Below are positions 38,977-53,579 of a stretch of DNA of 64,000 nucleotides, piece by piece. The number at the start of each line of letters is the position of its first letter. Position 1 is the first letter of the stretch. The notes under the pieces were generated by a model. It was given only the letters and a program-made list of their open reading frames with translations. It had not been told where the DNA came from and ran no database searches. This DNA is from Camelus dromedarius (taxonomy: Eukaryota). The position numbers and the translations under genes were made by a program. Location of the stretch: the NCBI RefSeq assembly GCF_036321535.1, contig NC_087436.1, forward strand, positions 90,088,001 to 90,152,000. The letters run 5' to 3'.

Positions 38977-39300
38977 AGTGGTGTTCAAAGTGTGGTCCAT
39001 AGACCCCTGGGGATCACCAAGACTGTTTTGTGGGCTCTGTCATGTTAATAAAAATTATAATAATACTAAAGCATACTTTACTTTTTTAAGTCCTACTCTG
39101 GTCCTCGAGTGGTTTTTCTACAAATATGTAATGTAGTGACATCATCGCTGATGATTAATGAAATATGTGCTTGTATATTGTGCTTTACAGAATTACTAGA
39201 TGTAGATTTGGGTCAATATATATTCCTATTTAAAGATCATCTCAGTTTGACCGTCTATTTCTTACGAGGCTATTTTTGGTTATACCTGCTATAATCTCTA
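38977..39300 (+). mobile_element. hAT-Charlie fragment
   Basis: Terminal cagtggtgttcaaagtgtggtccatagacccctgggg followed by ataataatactaa. Confidence 0.6.
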
Positions 39301-39859
39301 TAACCACATGATTGTCCAATAAATAGTTACTTTCTTTCGAAAATATAACACGAAGTAAGTATACTTTGCTACCTTGCTTCATATTATATATTTTTTCAAA
39401 AATTTATAAATTTTCAAATACCTTGTATATCTATTACTATTTTAGAATTTGTATTCCAATAGAATATAATTTATAAGGCTTTTGGTTTGGTCTAAAAAGA
39501 GAGTTTAGAAGACTTGCTTTCTCAATATAGTATACTTCCTCTAAAGGGGCTTTAAAAAATGAAACTGACATAGAGAATTTTATCATTCATAAAAACAAAT
39601 CTACCAAAAACGCTGGGACAAGCTTAAACACGACAAAAGCTATATTTTCTTCATGTTTAAAGGTGTTAATATTTTGCTTGATTTCATCTTATGAACAAAT
39701 CTTTTCTAAGAGTATTATGGAGCCCGTTAATTTGTGTTGTTATCAGAGTAAGAATTTCTTCAATGGGCATATGAGAGACTGGACACAGCAGAAGCGGTAA
39801 AATAAGCGAGCTTGAAAAGAGGTCTGTCAGAACCAATGTTTTAACATAAAACAGTCATC

Positions 39860-41050
39860 GGAGTCTGAGGAGCGTGAAAACCGCCAGTCAGAATAACTAC
39901 TTGAAAAGACAATGACCATTTTTTAAATTAATAAGAAGAAAGAAACCACAATTATTAGACCTCAGAGAAATCCAAGACAGAAAAACACAAAGAGACACTT
40001 AGACATGTCATAATCCAATTACTTAACACCAAAGATAAAGAGAAAATGTTGAATAAGGCCAGAAAAAGGAAGAAACATTAGAGAGAGAGAAATAATGAGT
40101 TACAGGAGACTTCAGAAACTATGAAACCCAGAAGATAATGGTGAAAGGTATTTAAAATAGTAGGATAAAAGTACACTCTCCACACAGAAGTCAATAATGA
40201 GTGAGATTAAGTTCAAAAATCAAGACAGAATAAATACTAAGAGAATCTATTGCCTGCATACCTTTACTCAAGGAAATATTAAAGGAAGTACTTCAGGCAG
40301 AAGAAAAGGAGGCTGGTTGGAAATTTGGATCTACACAAAAACTAAAGAGCACTGAAAATACTGAAAGTAAGTGTAAATATAAAGATTTTTTATTTTTCTT
40401 AATTTCTTTAAATATAATTTATAGTTGTAGAAACATATTAACACAGTATCATGAGGTTTATAGTATTTTACAAATAAAATGTACAAGAATAATAGTATAA
40501 AGGATGGGAAGGAGTAAGTGTAAATATACTGCTGCAAGCTTTCTATTCTATACAGAAAATAGTATACTACTACTTTAAGGTAGACTACGAAAATGTCAAC
40601 TTTGTTAATAATCATCAAAAGCTGTAAACAAACTCCATCAAATCATCAAATGTTAAATGGATATGTAAATTGAGTATCATGTAATGTAAAGTAATGAACT
40701 ACTGATATGTGTAACAACATGGAGGGTTTGATTGCATTATGCTAAGTAAAGAGTCCAAACACAAAAAAAACTGCACACCGTGCAATTCTATTTACATGGC
40801 ATTCTGAAAGTGTAAAACTATGTGTGGACTCTGCCTATCAGTTGTTGCTGGAGATGGGATTCACTTTAAAGTGGGACAGTGGAACATTTAGGGGTGATGG
40901 AAATGCTCTATATACTGATATGGTGGTGTTTATACAACTTGTATACATTTATAAAATCTTCTCAAATTATATACTTAAAACAAGTGGATTTTGGGGATAT
41001 ATATATATATTACATACAGAAGTGTATGTAATTAAACCTGACTTTACATA
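39860..41050 (+). mobile_element. Old L1 (L1MC/MD/ME-type): ORF1-like part joined to a 3' UTR part
   Basis: cacttagacatgtcataatc...caaagataaagagaaaat (ORF1-like); aatgaactactgata...gcattatgctaagt...ggggtgatggaaatgctctatat (3' end). Confidence 0.75.
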
Positions 41051-42883
41051 AAAATTTTAAGGCACAATAAACCACCTTTGTACTAGATAGCTAGTTTCTT
41101 CAATGGAAGATTCTCTATTCTTTTTCTGTAAAGTGAAATGAAAACATCTATCTTTGATGGGTGTTATAAGTGGCCCTTGATAAGCATGAAATCAATATTA
41201 ATGTCTTTTATTGTCACTATCAATTTTATAGAGATTGATATATTACAAGTCTTGCATATGTATACATCCTTTTATTGACTTATCAAAAAAGTAAATCAGT
41301 TAATTTTTTTTTGTATATACAGTGGAAATAAATAAAATCTGCCAGTTTAACAGGAATTTTCTGAGCCTTGTGATAAATTTCTAATTTTTAAAATTATTTA
41401 TATTTTATTTTTCTGTTTCTACTCTTATTTTAGTATAGTGTATATAATGAAATATTTCTGAAACATTTAGAATGAGTTTATGGAAGAATATTCAGACTTG
41501 GAGATATGTACTCTAGATATTTTAAAGAATATAATCAAGATAACAATTGTGTTTATGGAAAGACCTCTTATTTGTAAAAATGAATAAAAATGTCTGGAAA
41601 GATAAAACTCCAAAATTTTAATATTGTTTAATTCTGGGTTGTGAGAAACTAGTATTATTTCTACCTTTTTACTTAATTATGTTGTCTGTTTTTCATTTAT
41701 TTCTATGATCTACTTTTCAAATAAAACATTAGTTTTATAAAGAAAAATGAGCAAAATTAAATTAAAATATTGCTAATGTTGCACATATTCATCACAGCTA
41801 GAGAACACACAAACACAAATAGAAATCTGTTGTTTCTAATTGCTTGATTTAGTATCTACACACGGCATATTTGCTGAAAACCATCTCTCACTCAGAGTAC
41901 AAGTATGGGTTAAAAATCGTACTTTCCCAAAATATTCCAGAGTAGCATAAGTCAGAAAATCTCAAGTACTGCCACTAACCTCATTCTCTAAAAGTTAAAA
42001 CTATTCCCTCTAGAAAGACATGAATGTAAATAATTTAGAATCCACAACCTTCTCTTCTGTAGTACATAGTTAAAAAACAGTGTGTGGGCCTTTTCTGTAA
42101 AAAGAGAAATAAATAAAATCTGTCATTTTAAAGTGATTTGTCAAAGTCTAGTGTTCAGTTCCTTAGATTTTTTATTGTTTATTTCTAAATTTTCCCCTTC
42201 TAGTTCTGGTTCAGAAAACCTGAAGTTAGAAAGAATATTAATCTGAGGCACATAGCAAACCAGCTATAAGTGACTTAAAGTCTTTGGTCTTTGTCTTAGT
42301 CAAGTCTCTGAACTTAAGAGACAAGGTGTCTTCAAAACTCCCTTCATCTTTCTGAGACCTACGTGCCTTATATAATAATTAAAGTTAGAATTAGGTAAAT
42401 GCTGATGCTTGTTCAGTCTTTAAAATTACATTTTATACTTTTGCAGCCAAATTCCTATAGCTAAAATCAAATTTTAAAAGTCCCAATGCAGATTAGTGTG
42501 TTAAATATATTAATTATAACTTCTTATGTCTGCCAAGACCATGTAACCAGTGTTACCCCATGAGTAATACTTTAAAATATGTCTGAAATTTCCTAAGTGA
42601 TCTTTATATGCTTTTCTCTATTGAGGGTAATAAAATATATTACTTTGAAGGTCATTAAAGATATTACCTCTATTTAGAGGAAACATAGCATAATTTACAT
42701 TTCTTCCAAATGTATGTCAACTTGTTTTGGCTCTTGATAATTCCATAGAATGGCCTAAAAATTACTTATAAAATCTTAACAAGAAAAAAAAAGGAAGAAT
42801 TAAAAGGAAAGAGGAAGTGATGTAAGAAGAATGGAAGATAAATATAATTGCTCTTGACCCCTTCAGAATATTTAACTTACAGA

Positions 42884-43345
42884 TGTCTTAGCCCAGATTC
42901 TCTAAAAATCAGGACTGTACAAGCAAAACCTTAGAACATTTTAAGGGTGAGTGAAATTGAGATCTCAGAAAAAACAAGGAATAATGGAAAGTGAGCTAAG
43001 GATGGAAGAAGACCCCCATATAAGAGGGTACATTTCTGAGCTGGCTAAAGCCAAGTAACAAGCACAGCCAGTTGCTTAGTGTGAGTGGTATCTGAAAGAC
43101 CCATTGTGTTGTAGAAAGTTTCTTTGTTTTTTTAATCTCCCACTGGCCAGATTTCTCCATGGGGCTCTTACAGCTGGAGTTCCAGGATTTTCAGTTCATT
43201 CTAATGGGACATCTTCAAGGGAAGCTGGTCTCAAAGTTCAGAGGCAGCCTCCAAAAGATCCCGTGGCACCTTGTGACTCAGTGACAATAGAAGAACCCAT
43301 GGTAGAAGGCAACTGGTGTAGGTAAAGGTATGAGGTGAAGCACTG
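42884..43345 (-). mobile_element. ERVL solo LTR-like element
   Basis: Begins tgtcttagcccagattctcta, like the reversed LTR16-group end. Confidence 0.5.
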
Positions 43346-44809
43346 CCTACTCATGTCTGAACAAGATGGCAGATCAGGAGCCCCAGCCTGAGAGTCTGCT
43401 ACTCAAGGAGGGAGATTACCCTGAGCACCACGACGTGGCATCAGGGCTCAAAAAGACTTCCTTTTAATAAGACTAAACCTACTAGAATGAAGATAATTCT
43501 AGATGATCTTCTTGAAGATTCATCACAAACATAGAGCAGAAACTGACATGTGAGCAAACCTGCAGAATTACATAAACTGGGTCCAACACCTGGATGCAAT
43601 AATTCCCTATTTCTGTACTTTGCCTTATAATTATTATATAATAATACTTTTGTTAATCAGCACACATTTCTAATGTATTCATGATCTGAAGATAGGTGAC
43701 ATTCTGAAGAAAGCCAGTATACTGAAAATCAATCTGCAAGGAAGTCATTTATAACTGGAAAAAAATAGCTGTTTGATAGTCAGGTGGATTTACTGAAGAA
43801 AACATTCATTGCCTGAAGTATTATTTCAGGTTGTAAAGGTCAGCATGATACTATAATTTCCACCAATTAGCTTTTATGCAACCCTTAGGTGGCCAATGGT
43901 AAAGATTATTTTTAAATGACATCTAAGGATGAGTTTCAACTGGGCATAAGATTGGCAATGGTTGTTTTGTGTTTTTAAAAAAAAAACATCAAAAAGGAAA
44001 AATAATAACTAGCAACTGTATCTCTTAACTTGATTTTTATATGATTACAAGACTGGAAAATTAGTTCTTGGAAATGTCAAAAGTCTGTCTTTCAAAGAAC
44101 TGAGCCTTTCTTGAAAGAGAAAAGAAGCCATGAAAACTCTGCTGAACAATGTTAATGGATGACTTGTTTCTCCTCATGTAACTGCACAGAAAGATAAACC
44201 ATGAATCATAAAATCTGTATTTCACCTTTCTTTAATTTGTATTCAACCTTAGTTCACCAATATCCTATAAGTTTTCTTGTCATTAGAAGCCTGCAAGCTG
44301 CCTAGGTAATTCAGAAAAAAATTCCTTGTGTGTAGAAGGATCAATGAGATTTCAATAGATTGGTAGACTGCTTATTAATTTAAAAAGTATATTTTGGTGA
44401 CACAGAGTAAATGCTTCAAGATTCCTTTGAATTCTGAATCTTCATTTATATCAGAATCCAGAATTCAAACATTTTCCCTAAATATGAAATGATCCTTATA
44501 TTATATAATTTTGTCCACAAATGTGGCTGAGGCTGTAGTTTTTCTCTCAATATTTGTTTACTCCCTATTTAGTAATAGAACCCCTAAATATTAGCAAGGT
44601 ACATGATTGTCATAATAAAGACCATAATCCCTAGGCTTCCTTGCTGGAAGGTAGAGCCACCTCACTAAGTTTGGCCCACAGCTTGAGAATAGAAGTGAGT
44701 GCACACTTCTCAGATCCTGTCTTTGGTGGAAAGGAGAATACCCTTCACTTGCCTCTTTATCTCCTTCTTCTGGCTGAAAGAAGCTCTGGTGGTAAGTGTA
44801 GAAAATGTA

Positions 44810-45210
44810 GGCTGCAACAGAGATAGTAATGCTCACCAGACGTCCTACATATTTTCAACATATCCCCAACCCATGTACGTAGGTAAGGCCAAATGACTAC
44901 TTCTGTTCAGAGAATTGTGAGTGGAAGTGACCTCTAACACTTCCTGGCTCAGGCAGGGAAAAGACCAGGTGCTAATCTGCAGTCTCTCTTCCTCTGCAAT
45001 GGTGACCAGCAAAGCTCCATACTCCCTTTGTTGATGCTATAAGATCCTTGAGTCTCCATCATCCCATGTCCCCGAGTGACTTTGTGGAGCAGAGCTTCCT
45101 GCTGATGATATGCTACAGAGCAAGTAGAAAATAACCTTTTCTTACATTTAGCCCCTGGGAGTTAAGGGATAGTTTGTTAATATATAATAGCTTGTCTCCT
45201 GACTAATGAC
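44810..45210 (+). mobile_element. MLT1 (old MaLR) LTR
   Basis: tgtgagtggaagtgac...cacttcctggc, gactttgtggagcagagc, terminal tcctgactaat. Confidence 0.7.
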
Positions 45211-47497
45211 TGAATAGAGGCAATATCCTATGAAAGACAGAACACAAAGTTGAGAGAACCTGGATCTCCAGCACTGTGATGTTTTCACATCACTTTTGGA
45301 ACCCTAACAGAGTTAGTTAAGAGAGAAAGAAACACCTTTCCCATTTAAACTTCTAAATTTATGGCCTTATATATGATGTTCCACAGTAGCCAAAGAGTCA
45401 TTTACCAAATTTGAATTTAAATGCTTTGATGTTTACATTTTCTAAAATAAGAATTACAATTGTACATAATAAGTTAAAATAATAATTGTTAGGACTGTTA
45501 AAAATCATTATTTTGAAATCTCCTTTGAGTAATGATCTCTGAAGAGATTCTCATCCAAGATGCTTATTTTTTTAAATAAATATACATAACACACCTAATT
45601 CTGAACTTAACATTGTCCCTTTCACTTAGTAATGTACCTTCATTTACTACATTCTACGATTAACATATGTCAAATAATTATGTACATTACTTTGTTAACT
45701 CTTCACAATTCTATAAAATAGACACTATACTTAAATCTCAATTTTATGGTGAAGAAACTGAGGTATAGCGAGGAAGGCAACTTGCTAAAAGTCACATAGA
45801 CAACAAATGTCTGAGATTCAAACCAAGTTTTTAATGATTCAAGAGCCTAGTCTCTGGCCATGATACTACATTTGTGTTGGTGGTGAGATAAATGCACACA
45901 TGATTTAAAAAGTCCTTTTTTATTCTGTTAATTTGAAATGTATTTTTCTCTCTTTCTCTTGCTTTCTTTATTCTTTCTCCCTCCCCCCTACTTTTTTCTT
46001 TCTTCCTTCTTTCCTTCCTTCTTCCTTCTTTCCCTTCTTTTCTTGTGTTCTTGAGTTCTTTCTTTCATGTTTTCTTCTTTTAAGAATGAAATCCATGCAG
46101 GGTTGCTGGGTTTGCCTCACGCCATACGGCAGTATGGCACTACTATATGAGAAATGTTGAGCTCCCTCTGCTTGCATTACTTCTGGAAAATTACTTTTTG
46201 AAAATAGCAAATCCATTCTGGAGGATTGCTGTGCAGACAGCTCTAAGGGCAGGGTCAATATTCTTTTCATTGTCCCTTTCTCTTCATTTAGTGCAGGTGC
46301 CTGGGCTGCTCCTTGCCATGTCCCTGCATCCCAAGTGGCTCGACAGGCAGTCCCTCAGTGCACAGTGAGAAGCCTACAAACTGAGCTGGAGATTGTTAAT
46401 GGGTAGACTCCCAGGGTGGATGTGAAACAGATGGCAATGGGAGAAGAAAATTTCTGTGCTGCTATTGCTACTGACACTTTTAATATAATTTTGATATGTT
46501 AGCATAATGAAATAAGTGACAAATGCTAGAATTACAGAAATAAAGAGCATGAGCTTGAAAAAGGTGTTTCAAAGACTGGAAATAAACAGCGAATACACAT
46601 GATTAAGGCTTAATAGAGATATATACACTGTAGCAGGAAAGAGAGAGGTGAAACTGAATTTAGTCACAAAAAGGAGAAGGTAAGGGGATAGGAGAGGCTC
46701 TGGGAGGAAGTGATCATTGCTCTGAATCTTCCCTAATGAGCAGTAGTTAGCTAGGGAGATAATAGTAACATTATGTTGAGAAGAATAAAATTGTTATTAT
46801 GCAATGATTTTTCAGTTATAAAAATGGCAGTTTCTCATGGTTTAACCTAACCTAGCATATGCTATTCACTGATCTAGGACTTTTTTAATTATCAATTTAT
46901 GTAGCTCTCATAACAATTGTAGGAGTTAAGTATTGCTGTTTTACACTTAAGAAAATTGTCATAGAAAGATTAAGTATATTCTTAAAAAAAAAAAATCAAT
47001 AGAAAAGCCAGGATTGAAACTCAGGTCTGGCTCAGATATTTTCTTAAAAGCACTGATTTGCAGTTAAGACAGTAAAGGACACTTCTTTCCTCTTTAGAAG
47101 TGGATGATTCTGTTTACATATATTTACATCTAATTCTTATACGTTTCCAACATTCGTATTAGCCTACAGTCCTCCTACTACAGAAAAGGGGAATGTTTAT
47201 TTAAAATATCTATTCATTGTATATTCAGAAATAAAAGTCTGCCTCTTGATGGCCTCTGGATCATAACATCAACAGAGTAATACTGTTGGGACATCAAAAC
47301 TTCTACGTTATACAGCAAAATTGTATTAAATTCATTAAGAGTGTTTTTTCTCAATTAAATGTATCTGTATCAAAGACCTAAAGGTTTTATTGTATGTGTA
47401 TGTGTATAACCACAACCAGAACAGTAACAAGAATTTTAAAAATATTACCTAAGCCCATTTACAGAAGGAAGAGAACTTTAATTTCTAATAAGTTATT

Positions 47498-48672
47498 AAG
47501 TCACCATTAAGTGGGAAAAGATCTTGAATCATCTGCCTCCTCACAACTAACTATTCCAACAAACATCTGCAGGTTAAAAAAAATAATAAAAAGTTTTATT
47601 AGCTACATTAAAGGCTAGGGCATCTTGGTGACTTGAGTAACATAAATAGAATCAGTAGATTTACTATATAATTTAAAATTAAATTAATCAAGAACATATG
47701 ATTAATCAAGAACTATATAATTTAAAATTAAATTAATCAAGAACATTTTAACACTAATATAGTTTGACAAAGTTATATTTAGTCAAAATCAAGTAAAATA
47801 TTTTAGTCAAGTTTTTTTTTAAGCAAACTACAAAATTTCAGTTTAATTTTTCAGGGTGCCTCATGAATACAGAACCACTCCAATGTAAATGAAAATTCTT
47901 TTAGCCAGACTATTTCACCTTTTACTTTCTTTTTGGTTTTAATTTTTAAATAAAATATATATTTATAGTTTAAAAATTCACCAAAAGAGACTATCAATAC
48001 TTCATAAATAAGATCAAAAGCCAATTTAATAATTTTTAATATTTCACTCATTTACTTCTATTACAAATCTAAACAGTTAAGAATGAAAACTCAATGAAGA
48101 CACATTTTTATGTTCAGCCACTAAAATAAAGTTGTGCATGTAACCAGGGCAAAACCACAATATGGCACTGTGACTGCTTATAGCATTGATTATTCACAGG
48201 CAGTTGCAATTCTCATATTCATATCTAGAATTGCAGGAACAAATATTAATAAAAATACTAATAGTAAGACGGTTTTAAGTGTCTTTCTTTTATCACCACC
48301 GTCAGCATCAATTTGCTAAAGAGAATGGCCAGTTTTACTCCTTGTGGAGTGAAAGTAATGGATATTTACTGTACCCGTGAAACCTCCTTTACCTCTCAGT
48401 GATGTATCAGCTGCCACTAAAGATCCCTTCAGTTCTTCATTAACTCTTCTGACTTGTGTGCAGTGTCTGCCTGTCTGCTCATCCTAGTATCTATTCAGTA
48501 TAGGCTCTCTATCGTCCAGATTTTGAGGCTGCTCACTCTTACTACTCCTTCCTGAAAAGGTGAGTTCTAAGCCAGATGAAGTCACCTTAAGTGGGGAAAG
48601 ATCTTGAATCATGTGCCTCCTCACAACTAGCTATTCCAATAAACAACTCCAGGTTAAAAAAAAAAAAAATAA
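47498..48672. repeat. Dispersed ~85-bp direct repeat pair, each ending in an A-tract
   Basis: 47498-47585 versus 48579-48672; about 6 substitutions and 1 indel before the A-tract. Confidence 0.92.
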
Positions 48673-49959
48673 GAAGACTGTGTTCCCTGAGTCAGGAGCA
48701 TCTTCCTCTATTTGTTTTCCTATTTCAGTTATTTTTCCTAAAAGTTTCTCCCTGAGATGTGGCCAAGAAGGAAATCACCAGCTGGGGTGATGGGGTTGGT
48801 GGGTAGGGTTACACTCGGTGAACCCTACTGGGTAAATAAAACCTCTTGGGTGATCACCATGAATATGAAGCTTCTGTGTCCGGTCATCTTCCAATGCATT
48901 GAACTCATTCAAGTTTGCTCTTCAGCCTAGTGGCAGCCCTGTTACCTATTTTGCTATTTGTCACTCAGTCAAGATCCTACTTTGTGCCAGGAACTGTGGT
49001 AGAACTGGGTGTGCAGTGCTGAATCAGAAAGTCTCAGGTACTTGCCGAGAGCTCTGTCAGTGTTGCTACCCATTCAAAGACCCTTTTCATTTAGACTAAG
49101 GTGACCAGATCACCCTGACCCTACAAAGAGAGATAAAGTCCCAACAAAGGCTCCTACAGTCTGAGGAAAAAGCTTTTCTTTAGAGACATCTCTAAGGTGA
49201 TGTTTTGCCTTTATAATTTCTTTTAAATGCTTTCTTATTTCTAGTGTATTTGTAAGAGCCTAAAATGTTTACAATAATTAGTAGGACCATCATACCAAAA
49301 AGAATAAAAGAGGGAAAACTGTGGTATTCTCACCTATAAAAACATCAAAGATTTAGGTCTTGGTAATACTGACATTGCAGGTGTTTGAGAAAATCTGGAT
49401 GATGCACCAGGAAATTGGATTACAGTTTTGGGGAAAGTAGTGTCAGAGATGTTAAGATAGGGAGCATGGATGTTAAAAATGATTTTTCTCTCATTTGCAT
49501 GTGGTGTGCTTATTACTCTTTGAATTTGTTCAAAGAGCATGAATACCCAAGTTTCCTGGCTCAAAACCTGAAAGTCTGCCTCAGGGACTGCCTTAAGACT
49601 GAGGAAGTTTTCTCCTTTTACCAAAGAGGGCTTGTGTGAGGCAAAGTCAAAAAAAAAAAAAAAAAAAAAAAAAGGAACACTAAATTTTGAACTAGGAGAC
49701 TAAGGTTTGTCTAGCTGCTACTACTTAATAAATTGCATAGTTTTGGATTTTGTGTGTGTGTATACAATTTATACATATATAAATTTTGATTCTGAAGTTT
49801 CTCACGTATACATAAATAATAATAAAATACCTGCTGTCCCAAACTTACTTAATTTTATGACAGTTTAATATGATGGTGAACACAAAAGGTATCTGAGAAA
49901 ACAAAGTACATTTCAAATGAAGTATGGCCTTGATAACCAAATGTAGGAAACTCAGTAGT

Positions 49960-50185
49960 TGAGTGTGTGTACTTGGAAATCAGACAGACTCTACTACTTC
50001 TTAAATTATTTGTGATATTCAGCAATTTCTTTAACCGTTCAAAACTCACTTCCTTCATTAGAAAAGTGGCAATGATCATTCCTGGTAGCGTTTTGTGATG
50101 TTGCCATGAAATAATAGATGTAATATGTTTAGCATAAAGCCTGGCATGGTGCGAGCACTCAGGAAATGGTAGCTGGGATTATTAT
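49960..50185 (+). mobile_element. MIR SINE
   Basis: ggaaatcagacagact...tttagcataaagcctggcatggtgcgagcactcaggaaatggtagct. Confidence 0.75.
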
Positions 50186-53100
50186 TCTTCTGGAGAAATG
50201 TGTACATATATACACACACATATATGTATTCCAACTTGATAGAAATGATCTTTTAATATCACTAAGACCCATGTATTTTAAATATTACTTCAAAGTTAAA
50301 CCAGAAATCCTCTGTGTGTTGAAGAGCTAGGGCACATTTGGGACTCAGAATCCTATAATCAGACCAATGATGCATAAAATTATTTCTGTCCTTTGATATT
50401 ATTTATCCTACTGTTTCATTCTCAGTCAAGTAGAGGTGATGAAATGTGCCAGACTGTGGTCTTATAACCTATCTCATCCTTGCATGTTTGATCCATTTTC
50501 ATGGTTTAGGCAAAGGACAGCTTAGAACACAGTGCTTTCATGTTCAGAAAGATGAAAGATTAGTTTGCCCTCTCATTTTTCTGTCTCTTTTTGTCCTTGG
50601 AGAACACTTTTGCCATGCAACCAGATTTTTTTGTCTAAACATCAGAAGTCACATAGTTAATGGGCTATAAATCTGTAAAACAGCTATTTCTTAATGGGTA
50701 GAGAGTAATTATCACCACTTTAAATGGCAATCTTAATAAAAATGCAAATATAGACATTCTCCATAACAAACTTGTTCAATCCATATGAATGTGACTTGTT
50801 TGATTCAGCAAAATCATTGCTTAAATAGTTTTGTCCTTTATTTCTGTTCAACTAAATTAAGAAAAGTATATTTTATTTCAGAGTTTTCTTCAGGTAATGA
50901 AATATTTTTCATTAACAGAAAAACTTGCTAGTTTGGGAGATAAATGTTTATGTGGTATCATTCTTATAATTGACTTTGCTAATATAATAAATAAAATGTC
51001 TAGATTTCAACAGAATCCTAAAAGAACTGTTCTATTTCAAAATTAATTTATACTCATAAATTTATTTTAGGTAGTTTTACCTGAGTCTTAAAAAAAGTCA
51101 CTTAGGAGAATTTTTGAGCAACCCTCTGTGAAATGTTCCACAGAACCCTAAATTCCTCCTCCTCACACTTGTAACTCCTGTTCTGAGACTGTCTTGCCCA
51201 CGAGGCCAGGGACTACTTTCATTTTGCTCCCTGTTGCATTCTCTAACTTTTAACATACTGATTGTGCAGCATAGGAGCTCAAGAGATACTGTTTTACTGA
51301 CTGAATGGAAGTATGAATTGAAGTTATAGCTTCAATTACAAGTATTTCCTCTATTCATAAATAGAATGCCATCTTTAAAATTATGTTAATATGCTTTTCC
51401 TTTTCTATTTTCCACATGAAGATCTTGCTTCTGTTTCACCAGAGGCCCCCAGTGACTGAAGGACAACTAGAATTTTCTTAGTAGGAATGCACAGGAGAGG
51501 AGGAAAACAGTGAAAGGCTGTTAGCTTGTAAGAAATAAAGTGCGTGTGTGTGTGTGTGTGTGTAGAGAAAGATAATAACCTTGAACGACAGGTTTTGTTT
51601 AGAGAAACAAAGGATTTTCAAGTTGCAAAGGCATTTTCATTTTTATATCAAAAGTCAGGTCTCTAGGACTATATAAGCCTCAGTGAAGAGAGGACTGAAG
51701 ATGAGACAGAAGAGAATTCATACCCACTGAAGGAGAAAAGAAAGAGCACTTTGTGACACTGAGCGAAGAAGACGAGATAGACAGGAGCGGGCAAGCAGTC
51801 AGATGACAGAGTCCTTGATTCCTCCCCTTCTCTCCACTTTGGAGTTGAACTTCCAGAGAAACGATAGAAAGAACACAGATGAGTTGAGAGTGGAAGAGAG
51901 ATGAAAGCAGAAAATGTGTTTACTTTTTTTGACTTTGCCTATTTGGAACTCAGAGTGTGTAGACCACTTCTGAGGGTGTGTTCGCTCCGCCATGGGCATG
52001 ATGAGCATGAAAAGGAAGCATGCTGTGTCCAATCACAGAGAGTCTCCACATTAGTACTCCACCATCTCTTGGCCTCCACTGCTTCCTCTTGGCTCCTTAT
52101 TGCATGCAAGGTATGGAGTTTCCTCTCATGCTCTTAGGAGAGGAACCAGACAAGTAGGCTGGCAGCAGCCTGCTTGCTGTAGGATTGTTGTGATGAGGGG
52201 AAGGTGACACCATGGAGATGACAGTCTAGCCAGGAGTGGGATAGAGGACACAGTAGAGTCCCAGCTCTGTGGAGACCACAATCAGTGATGTGAAGGGCAG
52301 ACAATAGGCCCTTATAATTAACAGAGAACTGTTGTCTGAAGTTCCACCAAGGGGAAACTCTCAGCAAAGATCAGCTGCAGTGAATGTGCACAATGACTTA
52401 GGAGACGATACATTTCTTGGGGAATCAAGATTTGAGAACTGCAGAACTTAAGTGCCAGCACAAGAACAAATTGCCTTATTCTTGCTGCCACAAAGTCACC
52501 TATGTGTTTGCTAACATCAAGGAATCTTCTCAGGTAAGTGGGTAGAAGAAAGGTCATCACTTGAGAGGACAAAATTACCCTTGTTAAGTAGTTAACTTCC
52601 AATTAACTGAATATTTGCCCCAAAGAGATTGTGTTACATTGAGGTAGACTGTTTACTTTAAGAAGAGACTAAAGTTAGTTTTCTTGGCAAGTTAACCATA
52701 TCCTCCTTCTACTTCTGAAAGAGATGTGGACTTTAAAATAAGAAAATATGGGCTTTGTTGTATCCTAATGTTAATATCTGGCATACATTTTCTCTTTAAA
52801 CATTTAGAATAATTCTACGTGAGACATTATCCTTATTTTGGAGATGATGAAAATAACTTACTGAAGGCCACGTCTATTAGATAACACAGTCAGAATTCAA
52901 GCACAGATTTGTCTTTCTCTAAAAGCAGCCCTTAGAAATGTCACAACTTACTAGTTTAATTCTAAAGCAATGACATTGTTGAGCTCTTTCATACAGTCCA
53001 TTATTAAAAGAGCCGTTCATAAGCACTTGACAACCCCTTCTTGTTTAACATAATAGTAACAGTTATTATTAGTATGATTATTGTCATTATTTTGTAGCAC

Positions 53101-53579
53101 TATCTAAATATCTCACTAAGCAAACTTTGCATCCTCCTATATTATTACTAAATGTAATAACACTTTTCTTCTTCCACCAGTGATTTTTTTGTAAATGTGT
53201 GTACCTCCCACGGTAAGAGCACCTGCAGGCATTTTGTGGAGAATTCCTTACATTGTATGGTTTATTGTGACTCATCTAAACATCAGTATTGAAGGAGAGA
53301 TCTTTTATAGTTAGTGTTTTTGCTTACAAATGACAGAAACCAAATCAGATTAACTAAAACAGAAAAAGGGATTCATTCAGAGTATTTCAAAGAGTCTAAA
53401 GAACTGATGGAACATCTCAAGCCAGAATCACTAGGCATAACCCGGTTCCACTATAGGTCTGAGATATGCAGGTTGATACAGGTCAGGAGCAGGACGCCAG
53501 CCAACCCTGGAGACGTCAGCCAGTGCACCCCTCTAATCAGCAGTGGAAACACTCTGACTCTTAGCTCTTACTTCGTGTT

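Noticed and set aside
47498..48672. CRISPR-like or prokaryotic system suggested by direct repeats
   Set aside because: Mammalian DNA; only two copies, no regular spacers and no associated genes.
51560..52350. Purine-rich stretch that may be an old LTR
   Set aside because: Could not assign a family or boundaries by eye.
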